From: a virus
Lineage: Duplodnaviria > Caudoviricetes
IMG/VR virus record: IMGVR_UViG_3300020431_000428
Span: 1-39,394 of that record
DNA: 39,394 bases
Direction: 5' to 3' (one strand)
The notes under the pieces were generated by a model, which worked only from the letters and a program-made list of their open reading frames with translations, was not told the DNA's origin and did not search any database. Made by a program: the position numbers and the translations under genes. Shown in pieces: positions 19,299-29,708 of the stretch; positions within the stretch are counted from its first letter, which is position 1; every line of letters starts with the position of its first letter.

Positions 19299-20396
19299 AT
19301 GTATAAATTAGAAGACATTCGGCAAATCCATCTAGAAATCACGCAGAAGTGCCAAGCCGCTTGTACGATGTGCGATCGTAATATAAACGGAGGAGCAATC
19401 AATCCCCATCTAGGGTGTAATGGAGTTTTAGACGAACTAACATTAGATGATATAAAAAGCATATTCAAACCAAAATTTATTAAGCAACTTAAAGCCATGC
19501 AACTATGTGGAAACCATGGTGATCCTATTGTTGCCAGAGACACATTAGAAGTTTTACAATATTTTAGAGAGCACAATCCTGATATGTGGTTGAGCATGAA
19601 TACAAATGCTGGAGCCAAAGATGATTTTTGGTGGTATAGTTTAGCACAAACTTTAGGACAAAACGGAAGAGTAATATTTTCAGTAGACGGATTAGAAGAT
19701 ACAAATCATTTATATAGACAAAACGTTCAATGGAAAATAGTTGAAAGGTCATTTCACGCATTTATTGAGGGTGGTGGTAGAGCAAGATGGGATTTTCTTG
19801 TGTTTGACTTCAATGAACATCAAATAGAAGAAGCACGTGCCAAAGCAAAACAATGGGGAGTAGAAGAATTTGTGGTTAAAAAAAGTTCAAGATTTATTAC
19901 TGGACACACGTCAGAGAAAAAAGAAAGTCACCAAGGACAAAACAGAAAAGGTAAAAAAACGCAACTGTTAAAGGAGCCAAGTAGCAAAGCATTAAAAAAC
20001 CCAGCACTACTAAAACGTAATAGTTTAGTAGAAAAATACGGTAGCATGGATAAATTTTATGATGTTGCGGAAATTGCCTGCAGAGTAGCAAAAACAGGAA
20101 GTATATATTTGAGTGCCGAGGGGATAATAATGCCTTGTTGTTGGACAGCAGGTCGTATGTACAAATGGTGGCATAAAGATCCAAAAGTAGAACAGATATG
20201 GCAATACATCGACAGAGCAGGTGGCAAAGAAAAATTAAAAGCAACAAAGTACGGACTAGAAGGAGTTTTTGCAACAGGTATAATGGATGATATTGCATCT
20301 AGTTGGGATAAGCAAGGTTGCAACAATGGAAGAATAAAAGTGTGTGCAATGAAATGCACAAAACAATTTGACGTAGTGGGGTCTCAATATGAGTGA
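19299..20396 (+). CDS. Radical SAM protein with C-terminal twitch domain (group B)
   Basis: CQAACTMC, LCGNHGDP, FSVDGLEDTNHLYR, NEHQ, then IAC...MPCC...CAMKC. Confidence 0.9.
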   Translation: MYKLEDIRQIHLEITQKCQAACTMCDRNINGGAINPHLGCNGVLDELTLDDIKSIFKPKFIKQLKAMQLCGNHGDPIVARDTLEVLQYFREHNPDMWLSMNTNAGAKDDFWWYSLAQTLGQNGRVIFSVDGLEDTNHLYRQNVQWKIVERSFHAFIEGGGRARWDFLVFDFNEHQIEEARAKAKQWGVEEFVVKKSSRFITGHTSEKKESHQGQNRKGKKTQLLKEPSSKALKNPALLKRNSLVEKYGSMDKFYDVAEIACRVAKTGSIYLSAEGIIMPCCWTAGRMYKWWHKDPKVEQIWQYIDRAGGKEKLKATKYGLEGVFATGIMDDIASSWDKQGCNNGRIKVCAMKCTKQFDVVGSQYE

Positions 20397-21810
20397 AGAA
20401 CGTAGTAAATTTAAATTGCCATCAAATACTTTTTGTGCATTACCTTGGATGCATTTAAGCAGTAGACCAGACGGAAGTATGAGAACCTGTTGTACATCAA
20501 ATGCAAGTTCCGTACAAGATCCAGATTCAAATAAAAAAGTTGGCGGCGGACAAGTCGGTGTTGTAAAAAGAGAAGACGGAGTACCAGCAAACTTTAACAC
20601 AACAACATTAGAAGAAGCATGGAATTCATCTTATATGCGTAATGTACGTAAAATGATGTTGCGAGGAGAAAAACCAGCACCATGTTTAAAATGTTACAAA
20701 GAAGAAGATGCAGGTCATTACAGCAAAAGAAATTGGGAAACAGAATATTGGTTAAACAGATTTACATTAGACGATATGATAGGTCAAACTAAAGAAGATG
20801 GATCTGTACCTGTAAAAATTAGATATATTGATTTACGTTTAGGAAGTAAATGTCAGTTAGCCTGTGTAATGTGTTCTCCACATGATTCATCAGGATGGAT
20901 TAAAGAGTGGCAACAGATGCATCCACAGATAAAAAACGAAAAATTAAAAAGCACATCATCATGGAATAACAAAGGTAAGGATCACGGTGCTAGTTATAAC
21001 TGGCACAAGAACAATCCAAAGTTTTGGGCAGACTTGATGGACCAAATACCTAATATGTATCAGTTATATTTTGCTGGAGGCGAAGCATTAATCATTGACG
21101 AACACTATGAGTTATTAGAAGAGTGTATTAAACGTGGTCATGCAAAGAATATAGAATTAAGATACAATTCAAATGCTGTAGAATGGAGAGATGACTTATT
21201 TGATTTATGGGACGAATTCAAAAGGGTAAGATTTCACTATTCGATTGATGCACTGGGAGAACAAAATGATTATATTAGGTACCCTTCCTTATGGAAAAGA
21301 CAAGAAGAAGTATTCCACATATTAGATGAAACACATCCTAGGCACGAAATAACAACAGCAACAACTATAATGGCATTAAACGTTGCATACTTGCCAGAAC
21401 TTACACAGTGGAAAGTAGATCAAGGATTTAAAAAAATTAATAAGTGGCCTCTAGGTGCTGGTGGTATCAATATGCACTTTGCTTATTGGCCTCCTCAATT
21501 AAATGTTAAAGTTTTACCTCAGAATGTAAAACAACAGATAAAAGACAAATATGAAAATGAATTCTATCCTTGGATTGACGAAAATTGGCAAAGATTTACA
21601 GGAGTAAAAGAAGCAGGAATAACAAGAGAAGAGTTTATGGGTGCTGTATACGGAAAGAAAAGATTCCAGGGTGTTATTAACTTTATGATGGCAGAGGATT
21701 GGAATGAAAGATTCCCACAAACACAAGAATGGATTAACCTTTTAAACAAACAACGTAATTGGGATGACAAATTTTTACAAGTGTTTCCAATTTTTAAAGG
21801 ATTATTGTAA
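20389..21810 (+). CDS. Radical SAM protein with N-terminal twitch domain (group A)
   Basis: FCALPW...TCC...CLKC; CQLACVMC; FAGGEA. Confidence 0.9.
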   Translation: MSEERSKFKLPSNTFCALPWMHLSSRPDGSMRTCCTSNASSVQDPDSNKKVGGGQVGVVKREDGVPANFNTTTLEEAWNSSYMRNVRKMMLRGEKPAPCLKCYKEEDAGHYSKRNWETEYWLNRFTLDDMIGQTKEDGSVPVKIRYIDLRLGSKCQLACVMCSPHDSSGWIKEWQQMHPQIKNEKLKSTSSWNNKGKDHGASYNWHKNNPKFWADLMDQIPNMYQLYFAGGEALIIDEHYELLEECIKRGHAKNIELRYNSNAVEWRDDLFDLWDEFKRVRFHYSIDALGEQNDYIRYPSLWKRQEEVFHILDETHPRHEITTATTIMALNVAYLPELTQWKVDQGFKKINKWPLGAGGINMHFAYWPPQLNVKVLPQNVKQQIKDKYENEFYPWIDENWQRFTGVKEAGITREEFMGAVYGKKRFQGVINFMMAEDWNERFPQTQEWINLLNKQRNWDDKFLQVFPIFKGLL

Positions 21811-23057
21811 TGGCACAAATGGATACATTTTGTTCAATGGCATGGAACCATCAGTTCCTAGGTCCTTTTGGTAATATCAAACCTTGTTGCAGATATGTTA
21901 TGCCTAAAGGCGTAAGAAATAATATTAAGAGTGAAAGAGAATTATCAAGTGTATTCTTAGGAGACCACCAAACAAAATTACGTCATGATCTTGCTAACGG
22001 TATAAGAAACCCTGGGTGTATAAAATGCTGGCAAGAAGAAGATGGAGGTAAAAAAAGAAGTTTACGACAGATCTATAATAGAACAGAAGGCGACATTGGA
22101 TACTTGCACAGAGATTCAAAAAAGGATAAGCCAGCAATTACATGGTTAGAATTAAGTTTTAGTAATAGATGTAATTTAGGTTGTAGAATGTGTGGACCGT
22201 ATTATAGTACTCACTGGTACAAAGATTGGAAAGCAGTAAAAGAATATGTTATTGGAGTAAAACATCCTGCCCACACTATAACTGATACACAAATAGATGA
22301 TGTAGTAGCACAAAGTAATAAAGATAATGTAATTGATATAACAAAGTTAGATTCAGTACTGCCGACTATAAGACATATAAAAATGACAGGTGGAGAACCT
22401 TTCTTAATTCCAGAGTATAGACAAATACTTGAAAAAATAGTAGACATGGGCAGAGCACACGAAGTATATTTGAATTATTCAACAAACTGTACAGTGATGC
22501 CAACAGATAAACTTATTAATATTTGGAGTAAGTTTAAGAAAGTAGAATTTGCAACGAGTATAGATGGAGTTGGACCAGTTATTGAATACCAACGACATCC
22601 AACAAAGTGGGAACAAGTTGAAAAAGTAGTTGAAACATTAATGAGATTGAGCAAACAAATGAAAGTTATAGTAGGTACAAGACCAACAATCACTTTAATG
22701 AACGTTCTAGATATACCTAATATTACAAAGTGGTGGGCAGACATGATGAATAAACATTATTTTCAAAATTTTGACAACGAAGCATGGGTAAATCATACTC
22801 ACTGTTTACACCCCCAATACATCAGTTGCACAACGTTACCTCAATGGGCCAAAAAAATTGTAGCAAACAAATTAGTAAATGCTCCAACAGAAAGGCAACA
22901 GCAAAATTGGGATTATATTTTAAAATACACAAACAGCGAAGACTTATGGGCAGAACAAAAGAATGCTTTTCAAGATTACACGTCAAAACTTGATAAAAAA
23001 AGAGGAGAAGATTTTAGAAAAGTCGTGCCAGAATTTGCGAGGTTACTAGATGAATAA
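21810..23057 (+). CDS. Radical SAM protein with N-terminal twitch domain (group A)
   Basis: FCSMAW...PCC...CIKC; CNLGCRMC; TGGEP. Confidence 0.9.
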   Translation: MAQMDTFCSMAWNHQFLGPFGNIKPCCRYVMPKGVRNNIKSERELSSVFLGDHQTKLRHDLANGIRNPGCIKCWQEEDGGKKRSLRQIYNRTEGDIGYLHRDSKKDKPAITWLELSFSNRCNLGCRMCGPYYSTHWYKDWKAVKEYVIGVKHPAHTITDTQIDDVVAQSNKDNVIDITKLDSVLPTIRHIKMTGGEPFLIPEYRQILEKIVDMGRAHEVYLNYSTNCTVMPTDKLINIWSKFKKVEFATSIDGVGPVIEYQRHPTKWEQVEKVVETLMRLSKQMKVIVGTRPTITLMNVLDIPNITKWWADMMNKHYFQNFDNEAWVNHTHCLHPQYISCTTLPQWAKKIVANKLVNAPTERQQQNWDYILKYTNSEDLWAEQKNAFQDYTSKLDKKRGEDFRKVVPEFARLLDE

Positions 23058-23631
23058 AAAAATACTAGTTGCCGGAAATCAAAACTACGGATTAAGCAGT
23101 GCATTGTCTGAAAAATGGCCAGATGCAACATTTGTAAGTAGAACATCTGGATTACAAATGGATCTTTGTCAGTTAAAGAATCAAAGAGAAGTTGCAGAGA
23201 TGAGTTTAGATTATGATGTGTTTATTAGTGTAAGTTCGTTATGGAAGTTTCATCAAACGTCACTGGTGCAAGAAGTTGCAAAACGTTGGAAAGAAAATGA
23301 GCATGAAGGTTATATTATTGCAATAGGTTCTAGTGCGGATACTCCAGTTAAAGCAAGTACATGGTTATACCCGGGAGAAAAGAAAGCATTAAGATCTTAT
23401 TGTAGAGGATTAAGTCAAATGGTTGCCGGAGAAAACTTTAGTGGGTTCAAAGTAACCTATCTATCACCCGGGTGGATGCATACTCCTGTAGAAGATAAAA
23501 AACATCCTGCAATACCAAAACTAAAATTAGATTATGTAGCAAACACAATTGAATGGTTAGTAAATCAACCAAGAAATGTAAACATCAGTGAACTATGTCT
23601 AGATGAAATAAGGTTAAAAGATGAGAAGTAA
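23050..23631 (+). CDS. Short-chain dehydrogenase/reductase
   Basis: ILVAGNQNYGL, IGSS, YPGEK (YxxxK), LSPGW. Confidence 0.8.
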   Translation: MNKKILVAGNQNYGLSSALSEKWPDATFVSRTSGLQMDLCQLKNQREVAEMSLDYDVFISVSSLWKFHQTSLVQEVAKRWKENEHEGYIIAIGSSADTPVKASTWLYPGEKKALRSYCRGLSQMVAGENFSGFKVTYLSPGWMHTPVEDKKHPAIPKLKLDYVANTIEWLVNQPRNVNISELCLDEIRLKDEK

Positions 23632-24757
23632 ACAGAAACTTGATAGCAACAAAGTATGGGCACCGAAGTGTATGAGAGGTAGACCGTATTATCTTACTCA
23701 TGACAAGTTCGTAAGACCTTGTTGTTATTTTACTGACCACGGATGGGAGTCTAATGCTCCAGAGTGGGAAGGAGGACAGGGAGATAACGAGTGGCCAATA
23801 CATCATGTAAAATGGTTGCGTGATCCACAGACTAATTTAGACAATCATGATTCTATAGGTAGTGTATTTGAAACGGATATCTATAGAAAGTTTTTTGCGG
23901 CTCTAGAGAAACCCGTGCTTACTCAAGATGATCTAGATAGATTGCCGAAAAGATGTATTAAAAAATGTTATACAGAAGATCCAACGACTGTTACAGCAAG
24001 TAAGGAAGAAGAAGGATTTGGATATTCTAAAAAATCCGGAGCATTAAAAACTATAAGTCCGTATGTGAATGGCAAGTTTGCAGGATCTCGTAAAATTCAA
24101 ATAGACATGACTCACAGATGCAGATTAGGATGTCCTAAGTGTTCGAGGTTTATAACACATGGACCTAACCAAGGACAAAGGAGAGAAGTACTAAAAGACG
24201 AATTAACTGTGGAAGATTTTAAAAAAATTGTTGGTGATGGTATGCGATTTAGAAATTATAACTTATGTGGATCAGTGGGAGACGCAATATACAATCCTCA
24301 TTTTATAGATATAGTAAAATATCTTAAAGCAAATTCAAAAGCATCAGAAGGTCAGGAAATATGGTTGCATACAAACGGATCAGGTAAAACAGAAGAATGG
24401 TGGAGAGAGTTGTACAGTCTATTAGATCCAGAAAGAGATCGTGTAGTTTTTGGAGTAGACGGATTAAAAGATACAGCACATCTATACAGAAAGTATCATA
24501 GATTTGACGATTCTATTACTGCAATGAAAATAGGTGCAGAATACAAGATGAGATTAAACGAATGGCAGTTTATTGTGTTTAAACATAATGAACACCAAGT
24601 AGATGAAGCAAGACAAATGGCCAAGGATATAGGTATAAGGTTTTTTATTATTAAAAGTGAAAGATGGACAATTAATGATAAAGGTGAACTAGATGATCCA
24701 ATGATGCCATCAAACAAATGGTTGCCAAAAGACTTTGTAAAAAGGATGGGACTATAA
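23621..24757 (+). CDS. Radical SAM protein, group B core with the twitch domain at the N-terminus
   Basis: N-terminal PKC...RPCCYF...CIKKC, then CRLGCPKC, LCGSVGD, FGVDGLKDTAHLYR, FKHNEHQ. Confidence 0.9.
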   Translation: MRSKQKLDSNKVWAPKCMRGRPYYLTHDKFVRPCCYFTDHGWESNAPEWEGGQGDNEWPIHHVKWLRDPQTNLDNHDSIGSVFETDIYRKFFAALEKPVLTQDDLDRLPKRCIKKCYTEDPTTVTASKEEEGFGYSKKSGALKTISPYVNGKFAGSRKIQIDMTHRCRLGCPKCSRFITHGPNQGQRREVLKDELTVEDFKKIVGDGMRFRNYNLCGSVGDAIYNPHFIDIVKYLKANSKASEGQEIWLHTNGSGKTEEWWRELYSLLDPERDRVVFGVDGLKDTAHLYRKYHRFDDSITAMKIGAEYKMRLNEWQFIVFKHNEHQVDEARQMAKDIGIRFFIIKSERWTINDKGELDDPMMPSNKWLPKDFVKRMGL

Positions 24758-24882
24758 TGAAATATATTGAGTGGTTAAAAGAACAAATAAGATTATCTAA
24801 GTATAAAAACGTTATTAGATTTCCTATAGAGAAAAGATTAAACAAAATAGAAGAAGAAAATAAAAAGAAGAAGAAAAAATGA
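24757..24882 (+). CDS. Small basic peptide, 41 aa (absent from the ORF track)
   Basis: MKYIEWLKEQIRLSKYKNVIRFPIEKRLNKIEEENKKKKKK; TAATG overlap upstream and ATGA overlap downstream. Confidence 0.65.
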   Translation: MKYIEWLKEQIRLSKYKNVIRFPIEKRLNKIEEENKKKKKK

Positions 24883-25706
24883 GAGAACTATTACAATATA
24901 CAAGACCACAAAGTATGTACGACTCTGAAGTACACAATTATATTGCAGAAATTTTAACTTCAGGCGAAAACTTTGCGTCAGAACCCGACAAGTTGATAGA
25001 AGATTTTAAAGATAAGTTCCATAATTGGTTAATATCTAGTAAACTTAACAAAATAGAAGGATTTGACTATTTCCAGGATAGAGATGTAATTCTAGGAGTA
25101 ACACAGTTCTTAGATGATCTTTGGCAAACAAGGAAGTGTGTGGTTTTAGAAAATGAGTACAGATACCATTGGAGATTATACGGAGATAATTTAACAGTTA
25201 AGAAACCTGAAGAGTTAGAAGAAGGAGATAATCTAATTGTCAGTATGCCTTTTCCTTATTATGGAGACGTACATCCTGATATGAAAAAAATTATAGGTAT
25301 TAGCAACGATAGAAATGTTAATGTACATATTGATGCTTGTTGGTACGGCGCTTGTAGGGATATACAGTTTTCTATTAGCGAGCCAAGTATAAAAAGTATT
25401 GCTTTTAGTCTAAGTAAGTCTTTAGGTCTAGGAGCAAACAGAATCGGAGTACGGTACTGTCGTGAAAGATGGACAGGTCCAGTTTCAATTATCAACGATT
25501 TTGCAATGAACAGTCAAATTTTAGTGTGGATGGGTACAAAATTTATAGACAGGTTTGGAGCAGACTTTTGGCAGAACAAATACGGAGAAGCATATAAAAA
25601 AGTGTGTGAAGAATATAATCTTACACCCACGAAAGCGATACATCTTGCATGGGACGGAAATCGTCCTGTAGGAGTTAGACCGCTATTAAGGAAATTAGTA
25701 AAATGA
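24879..25706 (+). CDS. Fold-type I PLP-dependent enzyme (aminotransferase/decarboxylase-like)
   Basis: VHIDACWYG (PLP Asp), FSLSKSLG (Schiff-base Lys), RIG. Confidence 0.7.
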   Translation: MRELLQYTRPQSMYDSEVHNYIAEILTSGENFASEPDKLIEDFKDKFHNWLISSKLNKIEGFDYFQDRDVILGVTQFLDDLWQTRKCVVLENEYRYHWRLYGDNLTVKKPEELEEGDNLIVSMPFPYYGDVHPDMKKIIGISNDRNVNVHIDACWYGACRDIQFSISEPSIKSIAFSLSKSLGLGANRIGVRYCRERWTGPVSIINDFAMNSQILVWMGTKFIDRFGADFWQNKYGEAYKKVCEEYNLTPTKAIHLAWDGNRPVGVRPLLRKLVK

Positions 25707-26941
25707 AAAAAGACAACGGCGTAGCCTGTGTATTAGCATGGACATCTTTGGGTATGAATACCTGGGGAACAATACGACCGTGTGGCAGAAGTTCGCCTAA
25801 CAGATTAAATCCTAATCTAAATAACATGACGACAGACGAAGCATGGAACAGTACATTCTATAAGAAGTTGAGACTAGACATGATTAACGGTACAAAAAAT
25901 GCCAACTGTCAAAAATGTTATGTGCAAGAAGAATTAAAAGCAACAAAAAGTAAAAGACAAGACACTAATGAACATATTAAATTTGATCTAGAGTATTGGA
26001 AAAATAAAACTAACGAAGACGGTAGTGTAGATTTTGCACCAATACACATAGACGTAAGGGTTGGAAATATTTGTAATCTAAAATGTGTGCATTGTTGGAC
26101 TGGTAATAGTTCAAAATGGTTTGAAGATAAAGCGATGTTAAACAAATATGAGAATACATCAAGCAAGAAACCTCACAAAGATTTTATTGATAAAGACGGA
26201 GACATTTGGAATTATATAAGAGAAAATGCAGATGATATAACAAAACTATCTTTCTTAGGCGGTGAACCATTAGCAAGTAAAGAACATAATCAATTGCTTA
26301 AATGGTTATACGAAAACAATAAAACACATATTGAGTTGTATTATGTAACAAACGGAACACTGCTAGATAAACAAAAAGTAGACTGGTTAAAAGCATTTCG
26401 TAGATGCACACTTGGTATCAGTTTAGATGCAACACACAAAGTTGCTGAACTATTGAGGTTTCCAACAAAATGGGCAACAGTAGAAAAACATTTAGATTAT
26501 CTAAATGAGCAAGTAACATTCGACCCACGAATTGATTATTGGAAAGATAAAAAATTAACTGAAAACAAAACGTATTCGCAAGGATTTGAAACGTACTTCA
26601 ACTGGACAGCATACAACACAAACATTTGGCACCTACCAGAAACATACAAGTATTGCACAGAAAGATGGAACAACATAGGATTCAGATTAGCAGACTGGGT
26701 GCAAACACCTAGACATATGGCATTAGAAAATTTGCCATGGGATTTCAAAGCAAAAGTAATAGAAAAATTTAAGAGTTGTGATATACCAAATCAACAGTTC
26801 TACTTGAATGTAATGATAGACAAAGATTATTGGGAAGAATTAGGAGATACACTTTACGAGTATTTGGAAGACTTAGATCTTGCAAGGAAAACTAATTGGA
26901 GAAAGACATTACCGGAAATAGCAAAGATATGGCAAAAATAG
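25703..26941 (+). CDS. Radical SAM protein with N-terminal twitch domain (group A)
   Basis: ACVLAW...PCG...CQKC; CNLKCVHC; LGGEP. Confidence 0.9.
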   Translation: MKKDNGVACVLAWTSLGMNTWGTIRPCGRSSPNRLNPNLNNMTTDEAWNSTFYKKLRLDMINGTKNANCQKCYVQEELKATKSKRQDTNEHIKFDLEYWKNKTNEDGSVDFAPIHIDVRVGNICNLKCVHCWTGNSSKWFEDKAMLNKYENTSSKKPHKDFIDKDGDIWNYIRENADDITKLSFLGGEPLASKEHNQLLKWLYENNKTHIELYYVTNGTLLDKQKVDWLKAFRRCTLGISLDATHKVAELLRFPTKWATVEKHLDYLNEQVTFDPRIDYWKDKKLTENKTYSQGFETYFNWTAYNTNIWHLPETYKYCTERWNNIGFRLADWVQTPRHMALENLPWDFKAKVIEKFKSCDIPNQQFYLNVMIDKDYWEELGDTLYEYLEDLDLARKTNWRKTLPEIAKIWQK

Positions 26942-28398
26942 AAAACAACTTTAGAACAAATATAAACAAAAACAAAGATGCACCAGACAGTTGGTGTGTA
27001 TTGCCCTGGACTCACGTCAGCATCAAAGGAAACGGTGCTTATAGAGTTTGTTGTCATAGTGCGGCCAGTGAAAGTAGAGGTACAGTACAAGACAAAGAAG
27101 GCAAGAACGCACACATCGGAACAGCACAATGGGATGATGTTGTAAACAGCAAAATGATGAGAAAAGTTCGTGCAGAAATGTTGCAAGGCAAATGGCCTGA
27201 ACCTTGCATAAGATGTGAAAGAGAATTTAAAAGTGGAATGAAATCTCGAAACATCTACGAAAGAAACATATTAGCAGATATAACGGAACCAGAATCATAT
27301 CCAAGTTTTGAAAAAGCAAAAGCACTTACAAACAAAGATGGATCAATTAGTAATAAAGACTTTCCTGTAACATTTTTTGATATACGTTTTGGAAACTTAT
27401 GTAATTTAAAATGTGTTATGTGTTCACCAACAGACAGTAATCAATGGTATGATGATTACAATAAAATTTGGGGATATAATAACTTTTGGGATAGTGGAGA
27501 AAAAATAGATCTTGTTAAAAACAAAAAGAACAAATTGGAACCTGCTAAAAATATATTTGAATGGAGTGATGATCCAAATTTATGGAAGCAGATATATGCT
27601 CATATCAATCAGTTTAGAAGAATATACATTGTGGGCGGAGAACCTTTAATGATTGATGCACATTACGACTTCCTACAAAAGTGTATTGATGTAGGTGTAG
27701 CAGACAAATTAGTTTTAGAATACAACAGTAATATTACTAACATACCTCAAAGAGCATGGAAAATCTGGAAACACTTTAAACTTGTTATTATGGGAGTTAG
27801 CATAGACGGTATAGGTGAAGTTAATGATCTAATTAGATTCCCAAGCAAGTGGTGGAAGATCGAAGAGAACTTTAAAAAGTTCACTCAAGCAGAAGGTAGA
27901 TTTGATCTACATATAACAAGTACAATACAAATACTAAACATATGGCAATTGCCAGAGTTTATTGAATATCTATTAACAAACAATTATAGTAGGGTAGGAC
28001 CGTGGGAAGAAACACCTGTAATGACACCACATCCTGTACACAGACCTGCTTATTTGAATGTTAATATATTAGAAGATTCATTTAAAAAGAAATTGATTGA
28101 AAGATTTAGAGAATACAAAACAAAGTGGAACAGCACAGATTGGCAAAAAGAGTACGGCAACAGCAACAATGCATCGTGGGAACAAAAGATTAATCATGCT
28201 AATAAGATATTAGACAGATTTGAAACATTTATGTATTCAACAAAATACGAAGAACAAGAATTAATAAAATGGAGAAGTAATTCTCTTCATTATCTAGACA
28301 AGTTGGATGAAATACGAGGAACCGATTGGAAAAAAACTTGTCCAGAATTATATGAAAGCATGAAAGTATGGTATGATTTACCTAAGGGATTGTATTAA
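26929..28398 (+). CDS. Radical SAM protein with N-terminal twitch domain (group A)
   Basis: WCVLPW...VCC...CIRC; CNLKCVMC; VGGEP. ATG 26929 is preferred over TTG 26896. Confidence 0.9.
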   Translation: MAKIENNFRTNINKNKDAPDSWCVLPWTHVSIKGNGAYRVCCHSAASESRGTVQDKEGKNAHIGTAQWDDVVNSKMMRKVRAEMLQGKWPEPCIRCEREFKSGMKSRNIYERNILADITEPESYPSFEKAKALTNKDGSISNKDFPVTFFDIRFGNLCNLKCVMCSPTDSNQWYDDYNKIWGYNNFWDSGEKIDLVKNKKNKLEPAKNIFEWSDDPNLWKQIYAHINQFRRIYIVGGEPLMIDAHYDFLQKCIDVGVADKLVLEYNSNITNIPQRAWKIWKHFKLVIMGVSIDGIGEVNDLIRFPSKWWKIEENFKKFTQAEGRFDLHITSTIQILNIWQLPEFIEYLLTNNYSRVGPWEETPVMTPHPVHRPAYLNVNILEDSFKKKLIERFREYKTKWNSTDWQKEYGNSNNASWEQKINHANKILDRFETFMYSTKYEEQELIKWRSNSLHYLDKLDEIRGTDWKKTCPELYESMKVWYDLPKGLY

Positions 28399-29708
28399 TG
28401 AAAGACTATAAGAAAAATCCAAGATTTTGTATGCTACCGTTTATGACGTTGAACACAAGACCCAACGGACAAATAAAACCTTGCAGTCAAGTCATGGGCA
28501 TGAAGCCGATTAAAAAGGATAGGAATGTTAAAAACTTAATGGATCCGGGAGGTGACTTTCTAAATCTCACAAAAGATAATATCAAGGATATATGGAACAG
28601 TGAGTTCATGCGTGATTTTAGGAAGAAAAAAATAAACGGTGAATACATCAAGTTTTGCGAAACCTGTTATCAAGAAGATGCCATGGGTGCTCACAGTAAA
28701 AGAAAATCCTTTATTGACATGAACTATGAGGACAACAAACACCTGGTTGAAGAAGCAGACAAAAATGATGGGTACATGAAAACTTTACCCACATGGTGGG
28801 AATTGAGATTCAGCAGTATTTGTAATCAGGCCTGCAGGATGTGTATTCCTCAAACCAGCAGTAAAATTAGAGAAGAGTTTGCTCAATACAAAGATGATTT
28901 GCCTGAACAATACAAGATACAAACAGAGGTAGCATTAAGAGATAATGAAAAATTTGGGTATCTGGGCAACAATGCATATTTTAAAAACCAACTGTTTGAA
29001 GCACTGCCGGATATCAAGTACATTGAAATACACGGAGGAGAGCCAACAGTAGACAAAGAGTTGTGGAAAGTTTTAGAGAAAGTGGTTGAATCAGGACACA
29101 ACAAACACATTCATATACACGTTCACACAAACATTCACAGTTTAAGAGAAAGACACATTGAATTATGGAATCAATTTAAAAGTGGGTGGATAGGAATATC
29201 CATTGATGCATACGGAAAAGAAAATGAATACATCAGACACAACAGCAGATGGGAAAACATTGAAAAGAACTTGCTACTCACAAAAGGACTAGGACCGCAT
29301 TGGAGACAGTGGGTAACAAGTTCTGTGATGGCATATAATTGTTGCACAATGCACAAACTAGTAGATTGGTTCAACAACTACACAAAAGCAAATGATCTAC
29401 GTAGATTAAGATGGAGAATGGATCCTGTTACCAATCCTAATCTAATGAGAATAGAACACGTGCCAATGTATCTGAGAGAACAAGCAATCAAGGACTTAGA
29501 GCCTCTAGTTGGCACATTACAAGATGCACATCTAAACGAAGAGTCAATAGACATGGTTAAAGTATTGCAAAAAACATTGAGAAGTACAGAAAAACCAACT
29601 GAAGGATCTCGAGAAGAATTGATAGAGTACACAAAAGTATTAGATGTAAAAAGAAAACAAGATGTGTTAGAAATATTCCCTCATCTCGAGGAGGTGTTCG
29701 ATGTCTAA
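28398..29708 (+). CDS. Radical SAM protein with N-terminal twitch domain (group A)
   Basis: FCMLPF...PCS...CETC; CNQACRMC; HGGEP. Confidence 0.9.
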   Translation: MKDYKKNPRFCMLPFMTLNTRPNGQIKPCSQVMGMKPIKKDRNVKNLMDPGGDFLNLTKDNIKDIWNSEFMRDFRKKKINGEYIKFCETCYQEDAMGAHSKRKSFIDMNYEDNKHLVEEADKNDGYMKTLPTWWELRFSSICNQACRMCIPQTSSKIREEFAQYKDDLPEQYKIQTEVALRDNEKFGYLGNNAYFKNQLFEALPDIKYIEIHGGEPTVDKELWKVLEKVVESGHNKHIHIHVHTNIHSLRERHIELWNQFKSGWIGISIDAYGKENEYIRHNSRWENIEKNLLLTKGLGPHWRQWVTSSVMAYNCCTMHKLVDWFNNYTKANDLRRLRWRMDPVTNPNLMRIEHVPMYLREQAIKDLEPLVGTLQDAHLNEESIDMVKVLQKTLRSTEKPTEGSREELIEYTKVLDVKRKQDVLEIFPHLEEVFDV

